Source of the DNA: Utricularia gibba | Taxonomy: Eukaryota > Plantae > Magnoliophyta | Reading direction: 5' to 3' | Length of the DNA: 64,000 bases | Assembly: GCA_002189035.1 (NCBI GenBank) | Contig: NEEC01000010.1 | Location: forward strand, 1,674,001-1,738,000 | Shown here: positions 57,453 to 64,000 of the stretch, one piece after another | How positions within the stretch are numbered: the stretch's first letter is position 1 | Layout: each line of letters opens with the position of its first letter | Notes under the pieces: model-generated | The model's database searches: none | Seen by the model: the letters and a program-made list of their open reading frames with translations, nothing else | What the model was told of the DNA's origin: nothing | Made by a program: the position numbers and the translations under genes

Positions 57453-59594
57453 CTACACCTTTGATTCTCCCACCTTCATCTCATCCTTGACAACTACCTC
57501 CACGCCTTCTTTCAGTAATCTGATCTCTTCCTCAGTCAAGCTGTTCTTCACATGGGGGATCGCCTTGCTCTGCGCCTGCTTCTCTGCTTCCACGGCCCAA
57601 CTGTAGATCACCATGCCCACTACTGCCACAATCATCCCTGAAATGTTCTTCAGGGTGAGCTCTGAATCGAACAGAAACCAGCCCAGTGTCAGCACGCATA
57701 CTGTCTTCATGTGGCCTAGAACTTGGAACGACACCGCGGAGAAGCGGCCGATGCATAGGTACTGGCTCACGTTGCAGAACACGGCCAGGGAGCATGAGAG
57801 CACAATGAAGAACTGCATAGAATTGTGACCAGGGGTGGGTTATTACTTTGTGTGTAAATAACTCGGGTGCTGGGAGACAAACAGAGAGTGGTTCTTACTA
57901 TTGCCCCTCCAGTGAAACTGTAGGCCAGGATCAAGTTTCCAGAGAGGCAGTAGTCGACTATGGGTCCAAGCACGAGGAGAGAACAAGCCTGGATTGGGGC
58001 CGTTTTACTCAACAACTCGAAAGATCCGATGCTGTACTTCTTCTGCAACGAGCCAATCAACTGCATACACAACGAACATCGATGAGCCATGTTTCTGCGG
58101 CATAAATTGGGCTAAAGTTCCTAGCCAAGGACCAGGGGCATAAATAGAATCAATCCTGATGCTATTTAGCACGCTTTGACCATATCCGGGACACTGTGAG
58201 GAGAATTGAAGGGCGGAATGGAGAAAAGACAAGGAGAGTTATGGCTCCGTAGGCGACAACTCTCAATAGGCATATAAAGCCACACTGAGCATGCAAGGAC
58301 TGCTGCAACACTCGGAGAGTTGCTAACAAAGCTGTAAAAGGTACTCACAATTTGTTGCAGAGATGTTGAGAAAACTGCGACACAGGCACATATAAATCCC
58401 TTGGCGTTGACTTTGACATCTGTTACAGTACAGACGCCAACGCCAATAACCACAACCACGACAGCCGATTTAACTTCATTCGAATACTTTTTGCTGTGAA
58501 GGATCCACTCCATTACGCAAACTACTGGAATCATGCTCAGTTTAGATATCTTCACAAAGATAAAACAGTTAGTTAGGAGAAGAATTTATCACGATAGATG
58601 GAGAGTTTTGTGTGCCTATTATGTTAAGTAATAATTGTAAAAAATTTTCTGGCAGGGGATATTAAATCATACCTGGTAAAACCCAACTGAGTTTAGCATG
58701 AGGCTAAAATTCATCCCTGCAATGGACATATTTGCAATGACTGAGAACCACAGGAGTTCCCAGAAAGGAACATGTTTTGCTGAAGATAGTCCAGTGGCAT
58801 TGGATATCATGCCAACCAGCGCAGTAACCGCGAAATGGAAACCTGTCAATGTCGTAGCTGCAGAAAACAAACACGAATCAAGTTCATAGCATAACCAGTA
58901 AGGCTGGATCTCCGTGACTTCAGCATGGATTCAAAGAGCAGGACAGATGATCTCATTAAAAAAAGAATAAATGTTAAAGCCTCACAAGATTACCAAAGAA
59001 TCTAACTTTTAACAGAAGTTGGGGATTCAACGCAATACAATTCCTTTACAGTGATTCAAAACCCATCAGACGCCTTATTAGGAAAGAATCAGATTCACCC
59101 AGCATCACATATAACTTGAGATACGAGTATTTATATCTACTAATTTCATGAAAACTTTGCTAAAGCCCAATTGTGGGAAAGCGAATTAGATCAGTCACAC
59201 GATGGAAAATGGGGCAAAGTCGAATAAGGAGCATAACGGTTAACATTTAGAAAAACTGCACCAGTAACAAATCAAAAATCATGCACCACACAAAAAATCC
59301 ACGAATCGCGTTCCTGAGGGTGTGATACAATCCAGCTCCAGAAACAGCAGAAACCAAATCCCTCATGAACAGAACAATAAAAATCAAGATCCATCAAGTT
59401 CCAGCTGCATTCAAACTCAACCCACATCTAACACACCCGATTACAAAGTCAGCAAGAAACTAACCAAAAGTGAAGCGATATCCAGCGGCCGACATCAACT
59501 GCTTGTTTGCCATAATGATTCCTACAGAACTAACAACATTCATAGCCCAAGCGCCAACATCCGAAACCGCTGATGATCTCCTCTCGGTCTCCAT
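57453..59594 (-). CDS. URGT: UDP-rhamnose/UDP-galactose transporter (URGT, nucleotide-sugar transporter/TPT family; 5 exons)
   Basis: [34 protein letters not shown]; [13 protein letters not shown]|ISKL; [23 protein letters not shown]; [30 protein letters not shown]. Exons 59594-59465, 58857-58673, 58549-58349, 58060-57899, 57812-57453. Confidence 0.95.
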
Positions 59595-61308
59595 CACAAT
59601 TCACGCTTCTACTGCACTCCCCCACGCAGAACCCGGAAATCAAAACAGGCCAAACACGCGGACAGATCCGCCGCTCACGAGGGCGGATTGACAAAAACTA
59701 GACCTTTCAACTAGATCTCCCTCAAGTCACATGAAATTAACACGAAAACGAAACTACGCGCTCTGTCGGAGGAAGAGAGCAACGGCGAATGCTCCACGGT
59801 CACCATGAAAATGTGATTTATAAACGACTCACTGACCATAGAGATGTGATTCAAAAGCCACGCAAGCTGTCATCAAAACCCAAAAAAATAATAAAATAAA
59901 ATAAAATAAAAACAAAAACAAAAGAAGACAAAAAACAAAACACAATCGCCGACGTTTACTTTTTCTAAACACCCGATCGCGCGCTACTAATCTACTTAAT
60001 TAATCCGATTAGTGCTTCTTAATTACATCCTCCGCTTCTCCATTTTTCCTGGGAAACATCCTTCTACTGGATCGCCGCCACAAACCCAGCAGCTATTCCT
60101 ATCACCGAGTGATTGATTACCTGGTGACTGAATTGATTCCCTAGGCGCACACGACTCGCCGGTTCCTTCAGGGAAACGGCATTCCACGGCGTTTACTTTC
60201 CGAGGGTTTACTTCCAGGCGCCCCCGCCCCCTGCTAATTAATTGTGATTAGCCAGGGCGATTAGCGTGGCGATGCCACGTCAGACCGCTCCTCCCCCAAG
60301 GTGATAACCGAAGACGAAGGAAGGTACATAACCAACTGAATAATTGAATCCCCCCAACCACTGCCTAATGAATCCAACTTATTGTCCTCAATCATATTAA
60401 AAATCAAAAGCAGTTCAATTGGAGAGAATTAAATTCAAAATTAGATAGAATTACAATTCAATAATATTTTAAAAATATAAAAAATGCAAATTATTGTTTC
60501 AATGAATTAAATTGAACTTGAAACAATACAAATTACAAATTAAATTATTTTAGAAAATGAAAAATTACTTTTTATTAAATAATATATATTAAACATGAGT
60601 TTGTATGAATTATACATTAATGAAAAATTACAAAGTTATGTGATATGTGTGATTTTATACTTTAAAATTTTTTACTATTAATTTTATTTCAAAAATATTA
60701 TAATTAATGTGAATATTTTTTAAATTAGATTGTAAATTTTGTATAAACTGCGTATAATTATTTATTAATTAAATTACACCTTGTCACAAAAATAATTTTA
60801 TTATTATGAAAATTGATTTTTCTCACGAATTAAATTAAAATAGTCTCTTAAATGAGTAATTACCAACTTTGTTTTCCGATAAAATTGGGCTACAAGAAAA
60901 GGAATTAATTACGATGTTTATTATAAGAAATTGCGTTAGATAATTTAGATGCTATCGGAATTAGGGACCACCGCCGTATGCTACCCGTCTCCCACCACCG
61001 GAATCTCCACCTACCGTCGCCTGCCGCTACTGGTCCTGAACCTCTAGATGTGTAGTCTACACACAGTCGAGGACTCGAATTTGTAGTTGATAATCGACCT
61101 GGGGAATGCTGTAAGTGGGGCTCTTTGACCTTCGCGTGCTTTTCTACGTCGGGTTATTTTCAATTGGCTTTTCCCGATTTTGAAATTGGGGCTGCTCTCA
61201 GTTTTTCCGGGATCTTTTGTTCTGATTTCTTGTGGAACTAGCATTGTCTCTCCTCCATCTATAATGCTGCCTGGTAGGGGTACTGCTAGCGCATCGGGTT
61301 GTGCTTGA

Positions 61309-61370
61309 AGTTCCCGTGCTCATTGAATTTCAACCGGGTAGTTCCCGTGTTCATTGAATTTCAACCTGGT
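61309..61370. repeat. 31-bp tandem duplication (2 copies)
   Basis: agttcccgtgctcattgaatttcaaccgggt followed immediately by agttcccgtgttcattgaatttcaacctggt (2 mismatches). Confidence 0.9.
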
Positions 61371-62038
61371 CTGTTGGGCTTCACACTTCTTGCAAGTTTT
61401 TGCCCAGAAATCGATGTTTACATGCCAATTGCTCTGGCTGGCAACTTTTTCAGTATTCCGCTCCAGACGAGGACTGTACTTTGTTAAGGATTTGTAGACC
61501 CACGATGGCTGATTTTATCCCAGGGACGGCGCCGATTGTTAACGATGACGTTGCGAATCCCATTTCTGTGGCTGCGCGTGCTTCGCTAACCTGCTGCATG
61601 CCAGTTTTTGTTTTCCAGGTGTTATTGGAGTCCCAGAAATCCGTCAGCCAAGTTACCTGAATTTTACTCAATTGGCGTCCACTTACCGACACATGTTACC
61701 ACTGTTCATGAGACTGAACCGGCGGAGCCGAATTTCTTGTGTCTTGATTGTCCGCCGCGAGCCCGGTTCATTCCACAAGGTCACTCGACCGGGATTGGTT
61801 TCTGGACCGCATTTGTGTGGAGGAGGAAGGATTGGCTCGACATGGGCATAGATTATACAGAGTCAATGGGCACTTGATGGTGTAAAAGATTGAAAAAGGG
61901 GAGATAAAGATTTCATTTGTAAGGTGGTGAAGTAGGCGGATATCGTCGATACAAGCACAAAAGAAGATGGCCTTAGAAGGGACAGGAATGCGAAAAGGCA
62001 TTGATGTAGAACATATTTGCTGAGAAATTGGAGCTGTA

Positions 62039-64000
62039 ATGGCTTCCATGATACCAGCGACAGTTAGGAACTCGGTGAAGCTCAACCTGGAGGAGTACAA
62101 GAAACTCTCGCCGTCTCAGGTTGAAAAGGTAGAGAAATGCGTTGTTCCATTTTATCGCAACTGGCCTAATTTGTACATGATACTGAAGAAGGTAACTTTT
62201 TTAGACAAGTTATACATCGGAAGATTTGCATAAGGCTTTTGAATTATCCAGCTCGGGAGTCAGAGGAGGTTCTCCATTGGAATGGAAAAGGACGCTTGGT
62301 TCATCTGATTATGTTCCGCTACTCCGGGAATGTGTGGAGAAGAAGGCAGTTTCTGGGGTGGAATCTGTTCATGCCCACATCATAAAAACTGGGTTTGCGC
62401 GTGATTTGTTTCTTGTTACGTCCTTGGTTAATGCATACTGTAAAAATGGGATGATAGAGACTGCTCGTAAATTGTTCGAGGATTTGCCAACGAGAAATGT
62501 TGTCACATGGACTTCATTGCTCTCTGGCTATGTCCAGAGCTCGCAGCCCGAACGCGGATTAGAGTATTCAAGGAAATGTTGGAAGCAGGATCACACCCTA
62601 CAAATTATACTTTTGGAATTGTGTTAAAAGCTTGTTCTTCTTTGCTGGATATAGAAACGGGGAAGCAGATCCACGGATGTGTTGTGAAGTCCGGATATGA
62701 GCATGACACAAGCACAGGGAATGCACTTTGCAGCTTGTATTCCAGATGCCAGAAACTGGACATGGCAATTAGGGCATTCCAGAGGATCAAACAGAAGGAT
62801 GTGATTTCATGGACTGCTGCAATTTCGGCTTGTGGTGATAATGGGAACTCCACCATGGGGCTGCACATGTTCCTTCAGATGCTGGATGATGGCATCGAGC
62901 CAAATGAGATCACATTGGCCAGTGTCATTGGCTTGTGCTGCACAATGCATTCTCTGGAGCTAGGTTGCCAGGTCCACTCTTTGAGCATAAAACTCGGATA
63001 TAGTTCTGATTTAGCCTCTCGAATTCACTCATGTATCTGTACTTGACAAATGGGCGCATCCCCGAGGCGAAGGAGTTGTTTTATGGATTGAACATGGTGA
63101 CCTTGGTTGCTTGGAATGCTTTGATTGCAGGCCATGCTGATATAATTAGCAAAGTTGAAGACTGTGTCTCAGCCTATACATATGCAATCGAGGCCCTTAA
63201 TTTGTTCCAGCAAATGATCAGATCTGGAGTGAGACCTGATTCGTATACATACTCAAGTGTATTGACTATCTGCAGTAGCATAGTAGCTTTGGAGCAAGGG
63301 GAACAAATTCATGCTCAAGCCATAAAAACCGGTTTTCTATCTGATGTCGTCTTGGCCACAGCCCTTGTGAACATGTACAACAAATGTGGAAGTATTCACA
63401 GGTCATGCAAAGCTTTCTCTGAGATGTCTTCAAGAACTTTGATTTCCTGGACTTCCATGATTTCTGCACTCGCACACCATGGACATTCACAACAGGCTCT
63501 AGGCGTATTCGACGACATGTTGTCGCTCGGGGTTCGACCAAACAAGATCACCTTTGTTGGGGTACTTTCAGCCTGCAGCCAAGCAGGAATGGTTGATCAG
63601 GCAACAGCCTATTACTCCATGATGACAGAAAAATACAAGATCAATCCAGTGATAGACCATGTTGCTTGCCTGGTGAACATGTTTGTCAGGTTGGGCAGAA
63701 TCGAGGAGGCTTTCGATGTCATTAAAAATGCAAACATTGCTCCAAATGAATTCATATGGTCAATCTTGATAGCTGGGAGCAGAACTCATGGTAAGCTAGA
63801 CCTGGGATTTGAGGCTGCTGAGCAACTGCTTGAACTTAAACCAAAAGATCCAGAGACCTATGTCTTGTTATTGAGCATGTACCTATCAGCTGGAAAATGG
63901 AAGGATGTTTCTAGAGTACGGAAGCTGATGAAGGACGAGAAGGTAGATAAAGTTACAGACTGGAGCTGGATTGCCATCAGAAACAGGGTTCACGCCTTCA
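62039..64000 (+). CDS. PLS-class PPR protein (E/DYW type; 3' end beyond window), with two apparent -1 frameshifts
   Basis: Exon 1 62039-62128, intron 62129-62204. Then YVPLLRECV..VHAHIIKTG..NVVTWTSLLSGY, DVISWTAAISACG, LVAWNALIAGHA, TLISWTSMISALA, DHVACLVNMFVRLG, and E-domain WSWIAIR at the window edge. Frame slips near 62564 and 63015. Confidence 0.88.

Overview
Eukaryotic plant nuclear DNA from a gene-dense eudicot genome. It is probably Lamiales, because the AP3/DEF protein closely resembles Antirrhinum DEFICIENS as I recall it. Most introns are only 65-220 nt, which suggests a compact genome (inference). I find 14 protein-coding genes: DEF/AP3 MADS-box, a two-B-box BBX, a PLS-DYW PPR, an EngB/YihA GTPase, IQD32-like, a CCCH zinc finger, ARF5/MONOPTEROS, a SAUR, XRN3, HMG-CoA reductase, a proton-pump-interactor-like coiled-coil gene, PLATZ, a DUF4228/PADRE gene and a UDP-Rha/UDP-Gal transporter. 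A 15th gene, a second PLS PPR, runs off the right edge. Very AT-rich spacers hold MITE-like repeats, a hAT-type MITE with an 8-bp TSD, and a clean solo LTR with a 5-bp TSD. The most pervasive oddity is eight -1 frameshifts in six otherwise intact genes. All but one fall in a short G or C run, and the exception is repaired by doubling a single G. This is most likely long-read consensus error, and it hides real domains from the ORF track. Biologically interesting candidates: a stop-free, in-frame ARF5 intron inside the PB1 domain; an apparent deletion of roughly 100+ aa of coiled coil plus a new repeat array in the PPI-like gene; a GA donor in XRN3; a GC donor in the BBX gene; and uORFs in the ARF5 leader. 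I found no convincing wholly new biological system, CRISPR array, tRNA or rRNA. Homolog comparisons are from memory, not from searches.
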